A stretch of 64,000 nucleotides of DNA from Candidatus Heimdallarchaeum endolithica (GTDB lineage Archaea > Asgardarchaeota > Heimdallarchaeia > Heimdallarchaeales > Heimdallarchaeaceae), in NCBI GenBank assembly GCA_021513715.1, contig CP084167.1, positions 192,001 to 256,000 of the forward strand, written 5' to 3'. The notes below the pieces were generated by a model. It was not told the DNA's origin and made no database searches. It saw nothing but the letters and a program-made list of their open reading frames with translations. Shown here in pieces: positions 18,319 to 28,979 of the stretch; positions within the stretch are counted from its first letter, which is position 1, and each line of letters opens with the position of its first letter. A program made the position numbers and the translations under genes.

Positions 18319-19383
18319 ATGTCTATTAAAACTCTTGAGAAAAAAATTACTCCAACAGTTAAAAAATTAGTAGAAGAATATTGGTTATTAGAAGAAACTG
18401 ATAAAATTTTGATTATAAGTGATTATCCTACATCAACTGACTTTGTTAACAAGCAGATTCATTTGCTTTCTAATATGATAGAAAGAAATTTACTAGCAAG
18501 AAGTATAAAAAGAATTATTGAAACAAATTTTCCTAATCCAACTAAAATCTATTTTATTGAACCCACATATCGACATCATACTGATCCTAACGACCCTATA
18601 TTAAACAAAAAAGTGAATGAAAGTGATCTTGTATTCACATTAACTTATTTTTCTCTTACAGGAGTCAAAATTTTTAATGATTTACTCAAAAAAAAGAAAA
18701 TTAAACAATGTTCATCTCCCCAAATTTCTATAGATGATTTTCTCCCAAATGGGCCAATAGATGTTGATGTGCCCTATTTAGAAAAACTAACAACCACACT
18801 TTATAAAATAATGAATAAATCTAATGAATTTAGAGTTTTTGACCCTTCTGGGAGTTTTCTTGAAATTAAAATCAATAAACGAACAGATATTTACTGTGAC
18901 ACAGGAATTTTCAAGGAAAAAGGACAAATAATGAATATTCCTTCTGGAGAAGTAGGAATAGATATTATTGAACCAGAGAAGGATAGCGTACTTATTAATG
19001 GAAAACTGAATATTTTTCCAGGTTGGACTGAAGATCTTTCTGAGCAGATAACTTTGTGGATAAAAGACAATTTTATTACAGAAGTAAAGGGAGGAGGAAA
19101 AAAAGGAAAAATGATGTCAAAGCTTATAGAAAAAACTACTCTCTATGTTGATCAGTTTGGTATAGGAACAAACCCTAATGCTAAAAACCCTCTCTCTCTT
19201 ATTGTTGCTGATAAAATACAAGGAATGGCACATGTATCTATTAATCCTGTTAAATTTGAGGAAAATCACTTTTTCTTTCCTGTAGATCACTTAATAATCG
19301 ATAACGCAAAATATACTAGATCTCATCTTTTTTATTTGGGGGAGAAAAAGAATAATAATCATCTTTTCTCGTTCTTTTTATAA
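18319..19383 (+). CDS. M29 (AmpS/AmpT-like) aminopeptidase homolog, divergent
   Basis: NIPSGEV, QFGIGTNP, DKIQGMAH motifs; some metal ligands appear substituted. Confidence 0.65.
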   Translation: MSIKTLEKKITPTVKKLVEEYWLLEETDKILIISDYPTSTDFVNKQIHLLSNMIERNLLARSIKRIIETNFPNPTKIYFIEPTYRHHTDPNDPILNKKVNESDLVFTLTYFSLTGVKIFNDLLKKKKIKQCSSPQISIDDFLPNGPIDVDVPYLEKLTTTLYKIMNKSNEFRVFDPSGSFLEIKINKRTDIYCDTGIFKEKGQIMNIPSGEVGIDIIEPEKDSVLINGKLNIFPGWTEDLSEQITLWIKDNFITEVKGGGKKGKMMSKLIEKTTLYVDQFGIGTNPNAKNPLSLIVADKIQGMAHVSINPVKFEENHFFFPVDHLIIDNAKYTRSHLFYLGEKKNNNHLFSFFL

Positions 19384-19453
19384 AATAACTAATTCACTTA
19401 CTTAAAATATATTCTTCCCAAAATTTTTTATTGGTCTATTATTAGACCATATC

Positions 19454-20746
19454 ATGCCCGAAAATTATAAATTTGCAGATGAAGTCAAACCTACAGATTC
19501 ACTTGTTAGGTTAAGAGGTTGGATTTATAGAATAAGAACAATGAAAAAGAAAATATTCATTGTTTTAAGAGATGCATCAGGACTTATACAGTGTGTTGCA
19601 AGTAAAGAAGAATTACCAGAAAAGGTTTGGAATAATTTAGAAAATGCTGCTGTTGAAAACTCAATTATCATAGAAGGAAAACCTGTAGAAGACAATCGGG
19701 CAATAAATAATGTTGAAGTTCATATAACTGACTTTAAATTTATTCACAAAGGCGAAGTCTTTCCTATTTCTAAAGATCAAAGTCAAGAATTCATCCGTGA
19801 TAATGCTCACTTATTCCTAAGAAGTCAAAAAGCTGTTAACATTATGAAAGTAAAAGCTTCTGTTCTTAGAGCAGCTAGAGAATGGTTTTACAACAACAGT
19901 TTTTATGAAACGACTCCTCCTATACTAACTGGTTCTGCTTGTGAAGGTGGAGCAACACTTTTCAGTCTTAAATACTTTGATAAAACTGCTTATCTTAGTC
20001 AAAGTGCTCAATTATATTTAGAAGCGCTAATATATGGTTTAGAAAAAGTTTATTCTGTCACACCTAGTTTTAGAGCAGAAAAAATGCGAACAAAAAGACA
20101 TGTCAACGAGTTCTGGCATATTGAAGGAGAAGAAGCTTTTGTAGACTTTGAAGGAAATATGAATATACAAGAGGAGCTTGTAACTTACATAGTTCACTAT
20201 GTTCTTGAAAACAATAAAAAAGAATTGAAAGCTCTTAATAGAGATACAACAGAACTTGAAAAAATCAAAACTCCATTTAAAAGAATAACTTACAAAGAAG
20301 CAATTGATATTTTGAATGATAACGGATTTAACTTAAAATGGGATGATGACATAAAAACAGAAGAAGAAAGAACTTTATCTAAAATTATTGGAGAACCTTT
20401 CTTTATTACAATGTATCCTGCTCACCATAAACCATTCTATGTTAAAATCGATCAAAATGACCCTAAATGGTGTTTTTCTGCAGATCTGATTGCGCCTGAA
20501 GGTTTTGGAGAGATTATTACTGGTGGACAAAGAGAAGACGATTTAGAAACACTTGTTCGACGAATTGAAGAAGAAGGATGGAGCACTGAGGATTATAAAT
20601 GGTATATTGATTTAAGGAAATATGGTTCTGTTCCTCACTCTGGGTTTGGTCTTGGAGCAGAAAGGATCACTTGGTGGTTATGCGGTTTAGACTCTATTCA
20701 AGAAACTTTACCTTTCCCCAGAACTAGAAATAGAGTTTATCCTTAA
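19454..20746 (+). CDS. asnS: Asparagine--tRNA ligase
   Basis: OB fold LRGWIYRIR...VLRDASG, ACEGGATLF, YLSQSAQLYLEA, FRAE...RHVNEFWHIE, PHSGFGLGAER. Confidence 0.93.
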   Translation: MPENYKFADEVKPTDSLVRLRGWIYRIRTMKKKIFIVLRDASGLIQCVASKEELPEKVWNNLENAAVENSIIIEGKPVEDNRAINNVEVHITDFKFIHKGEVFPISKDQSQEFIRDNAHLFLRSQKAVNIMKVKASVLRAAREWFYNNSFYETTPPILTGSACEGGATLFSLKYFDKTAYLSQSAQLYLEALIYGLEKVYSVTPSFRAEKMRTKRHVNEFWHIEGEEAFVDFEGNMNIQEELVTYIVHYVLENNKKELKALNRDTTELEKIKTPFKRITYKEAIDILNDNGFNLKWDDDIKTEEERTLSKIIGEPFFITMYPAHHKPFYVKIDQNDPKWCFSADLIAPEGFGEIITGGQREDDLETLVRRIEEEGWSTEDYKWYIDLRKYGSVPHSGFGLGAERITWWLCGLDSIQETLPFPRTRNRVYP

Positions 20747-20751
20747 TTTTT

Positions 20752-21720
20752 TTATTTTCCATATATCTCTTTATTTATTATATTTGGAGGAATATTACCC
20801 TTTAGGCATTCAATCATATTTTCTGCAGCCATTACAGCCATCTTATTCCTTGTTTCTATACTTGCTGAACCAATATGTGGGAGAATAACTACATTAGGAA
20901 GTGAATAAAATGCTTTTGGAACTTCTGGTTCATTGTAAAACACATCTAATCCTGCGCCCATTATTCTTTTATCTTGTAAAACTTTGATCAATGCCTTCTC
21001 ATTAACTACTTTTCCTCTTGCTGTGTTTATCAAGTAAGTTGAGTGTTTCATTAATTCAAACTCCTCCCAATCAATTAAATGGTGTGTTTCTGATGTATAA
21101 GGGCAATGGATGCTTATATAATCACTTTCTTTTAACAAAGTATCAAGTGAAACAAATTTAGCATTTAATTCTTTCTCTAAATCTTTTTTTCTTGTTCTAT
21201 TAAAATAAATTATTTTCATCCCGAATCCTATTGCTCTTCTTGCTACTGCTTCTCCTATTCTTCCCATTCCTATGATACCAATAGTTTTATTTTTGAAATC
21301 TCCACCAAGAAAAAGCATTGGCCCCCACCCTTTGAATCTTTGTTCTCTTACAAATTTATCTGCTTCTACAATCCTTCTACTTACTGCGAGAATTAAAGCC
21401 CATGTCAAATCTGCTGTTGCATCAGTAAGAACTCCAGGAGTGTTTGTTACAGGAATTTTTAGTTCAGTAGCTGCCTGGATATCTATATTGTCATATCCTA
21501 CTGCATAGTTTGATATAGCTTTAATCCCTGTTTTTTCTATAATCTCTTTGTCGATTTTATCAGTTAACAAGCAAATTAATCCATCTGCACCTTTTGCTCT
21601 ACTTAGAAGTTCTTCTCTTGAAATAGGTTCATTTTTTTCGAAAACTTCAACTTCAAAGCCATTCTTTAACAATAGTTCTATTCCTTCTCTTGGTATTTTG
21701 CGAGTAACAAAAATTTTCAT
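20752..21720 (-). CDS. gyaR: Glyoxylate reductase / D-2-hydroxyacid dehydrogenase
   Basis: AVGYDNID, TNTPGVLTDATADL, GMGRIG, NTARG, GLDVF..EP, PHIGSA. Confidence 0.9.
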   Translation of the reverse strand: MKIFVTRKIPREGIELLLKNGFEVEVFEKNEPISREELLSRAKGADGLICLLTDKIDKEIIEKTGIKAISNYAVGYDNIDIQAATELKIPVTNTPGVLTDATADLTWALILAVSRRIVEADKFVREQRFKGWGPMLFLGGDFKNKTIGIIGMGRIGEAVARRAIGFGMKIIYFNRTRKKDLEKELNAKFVSLDTLLKESDYISIHCPYTSETHHLIDWEEFELMKHSTYLINTARGKVVNEKALIKVLQDKRIMGAGLDVFYNEPEVPKAFYSLPNVVILPHIGSASIETRNKMAVMAAENMIECLKGNIPPNIINKEIYGK

Positions 21721-21760
21721 TTCAAATTAGAAAAAATGAAAAATAATAAAAAAGTAGTGT

Positions 21761-22549
21761 TTAGACGAAGCTTTCTCTCAAAGAAGATCTGGGAGGAAGA
21801 ATTTTTTCTTTTTCTATTTGTTGTTGTTTTTGAGACATTAAAGTTAGTTGTTTCTTAATATTTTCAGATTCTTTTATTAAAGGTTGAGTATCTATACCCA
21901 ATTTGAAAAAGTCATTTATAACCTCAACTATGTGTAGAGCTGCTTCTGGGTCAGGAAAGTTAATTGTAGCTGGGGTTAGCAAAGCTATTCCTACTATTTT
22001 TCTCAGCAATGCTTCACTCATTATAGCTCCTGATAAACCCAAAACAACCCCATCTTCATATATTTCAACTGCATATTTCTTCAATTCATCGGCAATTTCT
22101 TTTTCTGCTGCTGTAATAACTATTTTTTTATCAGGTCGTACTTGAACAGGAATAGCGTCTAAACATACTATATATTTTGCATTTAATTCTCTATCAACCC
22201 AATTAATCAATCCTTCAGCAACTGCGAGATAAGAACTTTGAGGGACAGGGTAGTTAATCGATATTAACACAATTGACCCGTCATCATTTGAATAAATAAG
22301 GTAAGGATGTTTAAGTACGTTGTCAGTAAAGATTACAACTGGAGAAAGGAACTTAGATTTGAAAAAACCTATTTCTTTTAACTTTAAAGAAGAGATCATT
22401 TGATTTGAAATAATAGGCCCTATTACTCCTGAAGTAGGATATGTAAGGAAAACTACGGGGTTCTTGAATTCGATATCCTTTTCTTGAACAATCAAAAACT
22501 CATCTTTACTTATACAAATATCTTCATTTATCATTTTCAACTTTATCAC
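21761..22549 (-). CDS. PAC2-family proteasome assembly chaperone (PbaA/B-like)
   Basis: YPTSGVIGPI, GVVLGLSGAIM, FPDPEAA, IDTQPLIKESENIK. Confidence 0.85.
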   Translation of the reverse strand: MIKLKMINEDICISKDEFLIVQEKDIEFKNPVVFLTYPTSGVIGPIISNQMISSLKLKEIGFFKSKFLSPVVIFTDNVLKHPYLIYSNDDGSIVLISINYPVPQSSYLAVAEGLINWVDRELNAKYIVCLDAIPVQVRPDKKIVITAAEKEIADELKKYAVEIYEDGVVLGLSGAIMSEALLRKIVGIALLTPATINFPDPEAALHIVEVINDFFKLGIDTQPLIKESENIKKQLTLMSQKQQQIEKEKILPPRSSLRESFV

Positions 22550-22601
22550 TACATAATAGTTTTTCTTTAAACAGATAAATTTTTCTGATTTCTTAATTTA
22601 T

Positions 22602-23537
22602 TTATTCTTGTACTATTTCTGTCTCCTTTTCAACTATAAACAAACCAACTATTATTAGAATAGCACCAATAGCAAAAACAAAAGTGATTGTTTCTCCAAG
22701 GAAAAAAACAGCTAATAGTGCAGAAATAACTGGAACTAATACTTGAATAACTCCTACTTCAGTTGTGTGCATATAAGCAAGAATATCTAACCAGAAAGTA
22801 TAAGCTAAAGCAGTAGATACTATTGCTAACAAAAATACTAGAACTAGTCCTAAAAAGTTAATAGAAATTGAATAAGGAAAAATAAAAAAGGCTATAGGAA
22901 ATAACAAAATACTACTTAATAATAAATTTAGAAAGGTAATAAATAGTGGATCATCTTCAGTATAGAATTTTTTAAGCAAAACTGTATATATTGCCCAACT
23001 TAAACCAGAAATTAAGGCAAGTAAATTTCCAACTACAGTAGAAGAAGAAAAAGAAGATAGTGAAAAATCAAGTGATTTTATCTCATTGTCAAAAATAACT
23101 AGAAAACTTCCTATTATAGTCACAGAAACGCCTATTATTTGATTTCTTTTAATCTTCTCTTTAACTAAAACAAATGCTATTAACGGAATAAAAGCTACAT
23201 TAATATTTAACAAGAATGAAGATGAAGAAGCTGTAGTTTTTTTTACTGCAAAAAACAAACAAATTGGCATCAAAGAAACAAAAACGCTTGTAATAAGAAG
23301 AAAATGCCATTTCTCTTTAATTATTTTTTCTACATCTTGTTTTGAAGGTCTCTTTTCTCTACTTTTAAAGAAAAAAATTACCACTAAAGTGAGAGCAGCT
23401 AGAAAATATCTAAAGAAAGAAAGTTGAAAAGGAGACAATTGTTTAGTTTGATCTATTATATACTCTCCAATTACAGGAGCAAGAGCCCATCCAAAAACTA
23501 TGACTCCAACCTTCAAATAATGTAATGTGTTTTTCAA
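22602..23537 (-). CDS. EamA/DMT family transporter
   Basis: About 10 TM segments with duplicated EamA motifs (FFRY, GNLLALISGLSWAIY, PVISALLAVFFLGE). Confidence 0.9.
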   Translation of the reverse strand: MKNTLHYLKVGVIVFGWALAPVIGEYIIDQTKQLSPFQLSFFRYFLAALTLVVIFFFKSREKRPSKQDVEKIIKEKWHFLLITSVFVSLMPICLFFAVKKTTASSSSFLLNINVAFIPLIAFVLVKEKIKRNQIIGVSVTIIGSFLVIFDNEIKSLDFSLSSFSSSTVVGNLLALISGLSWAIYTVLLKKFYTEDDPLFITFLNLLLSSILLFPIAFFIFPYSISINFLGLVLVFLLAIVSTALAYTFWLDILAYMHTTEVGVIQVLVPVISALLAVFFLGETITFVFAIGAILIIVGLFIVEKETEIVQE

Positions 23538-23645
23538 ACTATTCAGAGATAAAAAAGAATTTTTTTAAATGTACTGTAATATTTCTCCCGTTTCAAGCAA
23601 ATTTTTATAACTACCTTCTTTTCTGTTCAATCTGTTGATGTTCCA

Positions 23646-24725
23646 ATGTTCTTAATGGGAGCAAGTTTTGTAAAATGGATAAAACTTCTATGGGAGAACA
23701 AATTTAAGATACACATCAAATATTGGCCAAAAGCTTTAGCAATTACATTAGTAACTTTTCTTTTTTCACCTTTTGTAATATTTGAGCAAATTATATGGAA
23801 CAGAAAAATTAAGAAACTTAAAATAGAAAATGACCCAATATTTATTATAGGACATTGGAGAGGAGGAACAACTTTTCTGCAGGAATTGATGTTAAAGGAT
23901 AAAAGGTACTATTATCTCAATATGGTTGAAGCAACTTTTCCACATCAATTTCTAACTAGTTATTGGTTTACAAAAGCAATAATGTCTCCACTTATTCCAA
24001 AAAAACGTCCAATGGATAATATGAGAATGAGTGCAAAAACTCCTCAGGAGCATGAGTTTGCTCTTACTAATTATTGTTTACTTTCTCCTCTTACAGCTCT
24101 TTTCTTCCCGAAAAATAAAGAAAAATATTTGAAGTATTGCTCTTTTGAGCAATCTAGTGAAAAAGAATTAAGAAAGTGGAAAGAATCCTTTAGATATTTA
24201 ATTAACAAACTCACAATTAGAGGAAAAGGAAAACAACTATTACTCAAAAATCCCTTAGATACTTTTAGAGTTAAACTTATTCTCGATTTATATCCTAATG
24301 CAAAATTCATTCACATTTATAGAGACCCTTACAAAGTATTTTTCTCTACAGTAAAGTTATACAATACAAATACAAGACTATTCTTTTTGCAAAAACCAGA
24401 TTTTAATATAAGAGATTTTATTTTTGATATGTACAAAGAAATGTACAAGAAGTTTTACAAAGACTTTGATTCTATTCCTAAAGAAAATATTATAGAAATT
24501 AAATATGAAGATTTTTGCCAAAAACCTATTGAACAATTAGAAAAAATCTATTCTCATCTTCAATTAGGGGATTTCAGTAAGGTTAAACCAGATATTCAAT
24601 CATACTTAGATACTCTTCGTGAATACAAACCAGATAATTACAAAATTGACCCTATAGTTGAAAAAGAGATTTATGAAAACTGGAAAGAAACTATTGAAAG
24701 ATGGAATTATAAAAGACCTATTTAA
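23646..24725 (+). CDS. PAPS-dependent sulfotransferase family protein
   Basis: 5'-PSB loop IFIIGHWRGGTT, LLKNP, 3'-PB motif FIHIYRDP...S, IKYEDF. Confidence 0.88.
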   Translation: MFLMGASFVKWIKLLWENKFKIHIKYWPKALAITLVTFLFSPFVIFEQIIWNRKIKKLKIENDPIFIIGHWRGGTTFLQELMLKDKRYYYLNMVEATFPHQFLTSYWFTKAIMSPLIPKKRPMDNMRMSAKTPQEHEFALTNYCLLSPLTALFFPKNKEKYLKYCSFEQSSEKELRKWKESFRYLINKLTIRGKGKQLLLKNPLDTFRVKLILDLYPNAKFIHIYRDPYKVFFSTVKLYNTNTRLFFLQKPDFNIRDFIFDMYKEMYKKFYKDFDSIPKENIIEIKYEDFCQKPIEQLEKIYSHLQLGDFSKVKPDIQSYLDTLREYKPDNYKIDPIVEKEIYENWKETIERWNYKRPI

Positions 24726-24752
24726 ATTAGTTAAAATTATTAAAAAAAGAAA

Positions 24753-25775
24753 TTATTTTCTTTTCTTCCTGTATATTACGAATTTAGATAATTCTACAGA
24801 AAAGAAAACTAAGTAAGGATATAGAAATATGGGTGTTAGGTATTCTGTAAAATACGGACTTGAATAAACATCTCTGAATATTTCACCCATTTTAATGAAT
24901 GGGTAGAGAATAGAATAAGCAGGATTATGTTTATGTTCAACAGGGTAAGGAGAAGCTGCACCAGTATAAATGTATCCTGTTTTCTTTGCTTTTAATTCAT
25001 TAAAAATTGCATTTTCTGAAAACTCAGAAACATTAAGTGTTGTCCATGAATAAACAGGTTCTGGTTTGTGCATATCTGTCCCCGTAATTATACCTAGATT
25101 ATTTTCTAAACAGAAGTCTTCAGAAATTTTATCATATGTTTCTTGGTTAACTATTTCAATATAATCTACACCCCACTCAAGAAACTGTTCTCTTGAAGGC
25201 TGATCATGGCAAAACTCTTCTGACCAAGGAATGTGGTTTACTACTACCAGCCCTCCAATAGAATGTGCTGATTCTATTATTTTTTTAAATTCTTCATCAG
25301 AAGGAGTATAAGAATAGCTACTATGTGTCTTTAATTTTTCATAATCTTCAGCTGAAACTTCAGGAGGGAGAATAATATTAAGATGACTTCTATCTGTAGT
25401 CCATTCCATTCCCCTCAACACTTTAATGGTGTCATTAAATTCTTTTCTCGCTAATTCTAATATTTCTTCAACGCCATCAAATGTATTATGATCAGTAAGA
25501 ACCATAGCATTAAAGCCCATGGAGATATGCCAAAGGATATTCTGTCTAGGAGAAAGATAACCGTCAGAATAATAAGTATGAGAATGAGCATCTAATAATA
25601 TATTCCACTGAGAATGATTATATTCAGGAGTGTAAGAGAAATTATCCCAATCATTATCTGAATATATATATTCTGATGGCTCAACATAAGCAAATTTTAC
25701 AGAAATTGCAATAAATGTTCCAAAAAGAAGAGTAAAAATAAAAAATCTAATTAGAAATTTATAAATCCATTTCAT
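24753..25775 (-). CDS. Membrane-anchored PHP-domain phosphoesterase
   Basis: DAHSHT..SDG, LTDHN, GMEWT, NH, GTDMH; N- and C-terminal TM helices. Confidence 0.85.
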   Translation of the reverse strand: MKWIYKFLIRFFIFTLLFGTFIAISVKFAYVEPSEYIYSDNDWDNFSYTPEYNHSQWNILLDAHSHTYYSDGYLSPRQNILWHISMGFNAMVLTDHNTFDGVEEILELARKEFNDTIKVLRGMEWTTDRSHLNIILPPEVSAEDYEKLKTHSSYSYTPSDEEFKKIIESAHSIGGLVVVNHIPWSEEFCHDQPSREQFLEWGVDYIEIVNQETYDKISEDFCLENNLGIITGTDMHKPEPVYSWTTLNVSEFSENAIFNELKAKKTGYIYTGAASPYPVEHKHNPAYSILYPFIKMGEIFRDVYSSPYFTEYLTPIFLYPYLVFFSVELSKFVIYRKKRK

Positions 25776-25829
25776 ATCAAAAAAAAAACAAAGAAGATTT
25801 TAACTCTTTTTAATCTATGATGTTTTACT

Positions 25830-26642
25830 TCACTTTATTTCTTCAAAAAACAGATCTTTGATTTTAGTATCAAAAAAAGCGAGGAAATAAGGCACTCTAT
25901 TAAAGTCTGGGTCATATTTTATTGGTTCCCCTTCAAGGTTAGTACATACTCCTCCTGCTTCTTCAAGAATTAGTTGAGGAATGCCAAAATCATGAGGACT
26001 TGCCATATGATACATCTGAATAGCTGCTTTTCCCTCTAAAATAGAAATCATGCTGTGATGAGCACTCATTGAATCTAACTTTGTAAAGCCTAATTTTTCT
26101 AGAATGTTTACGTACTCGTCACATCTTTTTTGTGCATATTTTTTTTCTGGTGAAGAAGGTCTCTTAAATGAAATTTTTTCTCCTAAACTATTAGTAACTA
26201 GAACACCTTTTCCTTTTTCTGCATAAAAAAGTCTGTCAACTGCAGGAAAATATATTCCACTAGCTATAAATGTTAATTTATCAGATAAAGCTACACCAAT
26301 AGCAAAATCTGATCTATTTTTTGTATATGCAAGTGTTCCATCTAAAGGATCAAGATGAAAACAAAGTCCTGTTTTGTCTTGTTTAAACCATTTTACTCTA
26401 TCTGTAACTTCTTCTGCATTTATTCCAACATCAGGTAGAGAAGAATAAAGAATTTCAAGAGCAATATCTTGTACAAAATCATCAATGTCTGTATGCGCAG
26501 TAGAACTTTCTTTAACCAATTCTGGAGGAAGATCACTTTCTTTTGGTTGATTAGTTACTTTACCTCTCATGAGGTTTAATATCATTCCTCCAGTGACTAA
26601 AATAGGTTTTAATACATTATAATACTTATAATTAGACATCAT
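25830..26642 (-). CDS. Inositol monophosphatase / CysQ-like (PAP phosphatase) family protein
   Basis: AEE, LDPLDGT, PHDFG...EEAGG. Confidence 0.85.
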   Translation of the reverse strand: MMSNYKYYNVLKPILVTGGMILNLMRGKVTNQPKESDLPPELVKESSTAHTDIDDFVQDIALEILYSSLPDVGINAEEVTDRVKWFKQDKTGLCFHLDPLDGTLAYTKNRSDFAIGVALSDKLTFIASGIYFPAVDRLFYAEKGKGVLVTNSLGEKISFKRPSSPEKKYAQKRCDEYVNILEKLGFTKLDSMSAHHSMISILEGKAAIQMYHMASPHDFGIPQLILEEAGGVCTNLEGEPIKYDPDFNRVPYFLAFFDTKIKDLFFEEIK

Positions 26643-26716
26643 TGTTCAAAACAAAAAAATAAGTTAATATTAAATCTTTTTAGTTTAATGATTAAGAATA
26701 AAAATGTAAAACTTTT

Positions 26717-27880
26717 TTAGATTTCATTTAAAAAGAAACATCTCAGCATTTTCTTACCAAAATTGTTAGGTTGTAAACATCTTAAACAATCAATGCAAGC
26801 TGAACGGCTTTGTCCGTTTTTTAATTTTGCAGGAAAATCAGGTTCTATAATAAATGGTTTACTCATTGAAATTAAGTCAACAATTTTGTTATCGAGTAAA
26901 GCATCCATTGTTTCTTTTGTCCGTATTCCATCAACAAGAGCAAGTGGAGTGTTTTTAATCTCTTTTTTTATTCTCATTGCATGACCGCCAAATGTTGGTT
27001 GTTCCAAAGGCGACTTTCCTTTACTTGAATCTACATATCGCGCTCTTTTCTTTCTAATTTCTCTATTTTCTTCAGGTCCTCCTCCTGATATTTCAATAAA
27101 GCTGATTGAATTTTTTGACAACCATTTCATTACTTGAATTGATTGTTCTATTGTCAATCCCCCTTCTGTAGCAAAATCATCACTGTTGATTTTTACACCT
27201 ACCACTTCATCTTTTCCTATTCTATCTCTAATTGCTAAATAGACATCTAGTAGTAAACGAGCTCTATTTTCTAAACTTCCACCATATTCATCTTTTCTTT
27301 TATTAACAATATCAGATAAAAATTGGCTTATTAGGTATCCATGAGCTGCATGAATTTGTACTCCATCAAAACCTGCTTCTAAAGCAAATTCTGCTGAATC
27401 AGCAAAATCATTGATTATTTTTTTTATTTCAGCCATAGAAGCTTGTCTAGATTGCCATTTTTCAGATCTGTACTTTGATGCACTAATTCTGTCATCTCTA
27501 CAATAGTATCCTCCATGGTTCAATTGAGCAATAATTGGAGTATCATAAGTATGAACAATTTCAGTTAACATTTTCATTTTTTTAACATGCTCATTGTTAC
27601 ATAATCCAGATTGCCTTTGGTGAGCTTTTGCTTTTTCATTAATATATGAATGACCTTTGATAATTAATCCTACTCCCCCTTTTGCAAGTTTCTCATAGTA
27701 GTCAAAAATAGGTTCTGTAAGTAAGCCATCGTTTGTTGACCAATATGAAGTAGTTGCTGACCTTACTAATCTATTTTTTAGTTCAAGTTTTCCTAGTTTA
27801 AAGGGAGTAAATATTTTACTCATGTAATGCTTTGATTTTTGCTTGTTTTTTAATTTTTCTAGGATAAAAATAAATTTCAC
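26717..27880 (-). CDS. NADH:flavin oxidoreductase (old yellow enzyme family); likely start MSKIF at 27823
   Basis: LKNRLVRSAT, AGFDGVQIHAAHGYLISQFLS, RKDEYGGSLENR. Confidence 0.92.
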   Translation of the reverse strand: MKFIFILEKLKNKQKSKHYMSKIFTPFKLGKLELKNRLVRSATTSYWSTNDGLLTEPIFDYYEKLAKGGVGLIIKGHSYINEKAKAHQRQSGLCNNEHVKKMKMLTEIVHTYDTPIIAQLNHGGYYCRDDRISASKYRSEKWQSRQASMAEIKKIINDFADSAEFALEAGFDGVQIHAAHGYLISQFLSDIVNKRKDEYGGSLENRARLLLDVYLAIRDRIGKDEVVGVKINSDDFATEGGLTIEQSIQVMKWLSKNSISFIEISGGGPEENREIRKKRARYVDSSKGKSPLEQPTFGGHAMRIKKEIKNTPLALVDGIRTKETMDALLDNKIVDLISMSKPFIIEPDFPAKLKNGQSRSACIDCLRCLQPNNFGKKMLRCFFLNEI

Positions 27881-27975
27881 TTAAATTTACCTTTCAAATA
27901 AATATTTTAATTCATTAAAATGATATATCTTATTGAATTACTGATAAAAAGAAAAATATTCTTTTTAACATACTA

Positions 27976-28979
27976 AAGCATGTCCAAAAATTAATTTTTA
28001 TTAATGTGGGGGTTTATGTCGGAAGTATGAATTTCTTTCAGATCATAGACCCCCACAAAGCAAGAGAATTCATAATCATTAATGAACCTTTCCTTAAGAA
28101 ACTGGTGAAAGAGGAACCGAGAGAAAGCAAGAGAGGGAGAAAGAGAATAGCAGAAAGATGGGTGATACTGGCTTTAGCAATCATTGCTAGAATAGAAGGG
28201 ATAGCTTGGAGGAAGTTAGAGGAAAAGTTGTCTTTATGCGATTTTTTGATAGAAGAGGGGTGGATGAAGAAGATTCCTTCTAAATCTACTTTTCATGCAG
28301 TGTGGAGAGCGACAGAAAGTAAAATCTTAGAGCAGTGGATAATAGATTTAGGTAGGGAAATAGTGAGGAAAAAAGGCTTGAAAGCTATGGCAGTGGATAG
28401 TTCAGGGTTTAAAATCCGTCAAGCTTCTGTTTGGCGTTTTCTCAAATGGTCAAGAGGGACACTAAAGAAAACCTCTAAACTTTTCTGGAAGATACACCTT
28501 ATAGTTGGTTTACCCTCTCGAGCTATAGTCTCTCTCGCTCATTCTGCTAGTAACACTCACGATAGTAAAGTCTTCGGTTTACTCTGGCAGAAACTTCCTT
28601 CTGCACTCTTGAGACCTTTCTTGCGATTTTATGGAGACTGTGCCTACTGGACAGAAAATATCGTTGGACTTCTTAGCCAACATTCCTTTTTCCCTGTTAT
28701 TCCCCCAAAAAGTAATGCTCGTTATCCCTCTCCTCCTCCCCTCGGACCAATAGTTCAAGCTCATCGTCTCTACCCTGGTCTGTATCGTCGTAATCATCAT
28801 CCCGAGTATCGTAGTAGTATTGAACACGTCTTTGGTCTCCTTAAACTCTCTCTTCCCCCAATCCTTGATCGTTTACCCTCCACCATCCTCTCTACCTTGT
28901 ACAGTTCTCTTCTCTGTTACAACTACCTTTTACTCCTTCGGACCGTTTAGTTGGTGAAAAAGAATTTTTGGACATGCTT
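27976..28979 (+). mobile_element. Insertion sequence copy 2 (1004 bp, same family as 16360-17363)
   Basis: Same 17-bp TIRs; 6-bp target duplication ATACTA (27970-75, 28980-85). Confidence 0.95.
28006..28950 (+). CDS. DDE transposase (likely start ATG 28027)
   Basis: Same motifs as copy 1; about 14 amino-acid differences over 314 by manual count. Confidence 0.92.
   Translation: MGVYVGSMNFFQIIDPHKAREFIIINEPFLKKLVKEEPRESKRGRKRIAERWVILALAIIARIEGIAWRKLEEKLSLCDFLIEEGWMKKIPSKSTFHAVWRATESKILEQWIIDLGREIVRKKGLKAMAVDSSGFKIRQASVWRFLKWSRGTLKKTSKLFWKIHLIVGLPSRAIVSLAHSASNTHDSKVFGLLWQKLPSALLRPFLRFYGDCAYWTENIVGLLSQHSFFPVIPPKSNARYPSPPPLGPIVQAHRLYPGLYRRNHHPEYRSSIEHVFGLLKLSLPPILDRLPSTILSTLYSSLLCYNYLLLLRTV

Noticed and set aside
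16360-28979. Composite transposon bounded by the two IS copies
   Set aside because: Each copy has its own distinct target duplication and the cargo includes housekeeping asnS.
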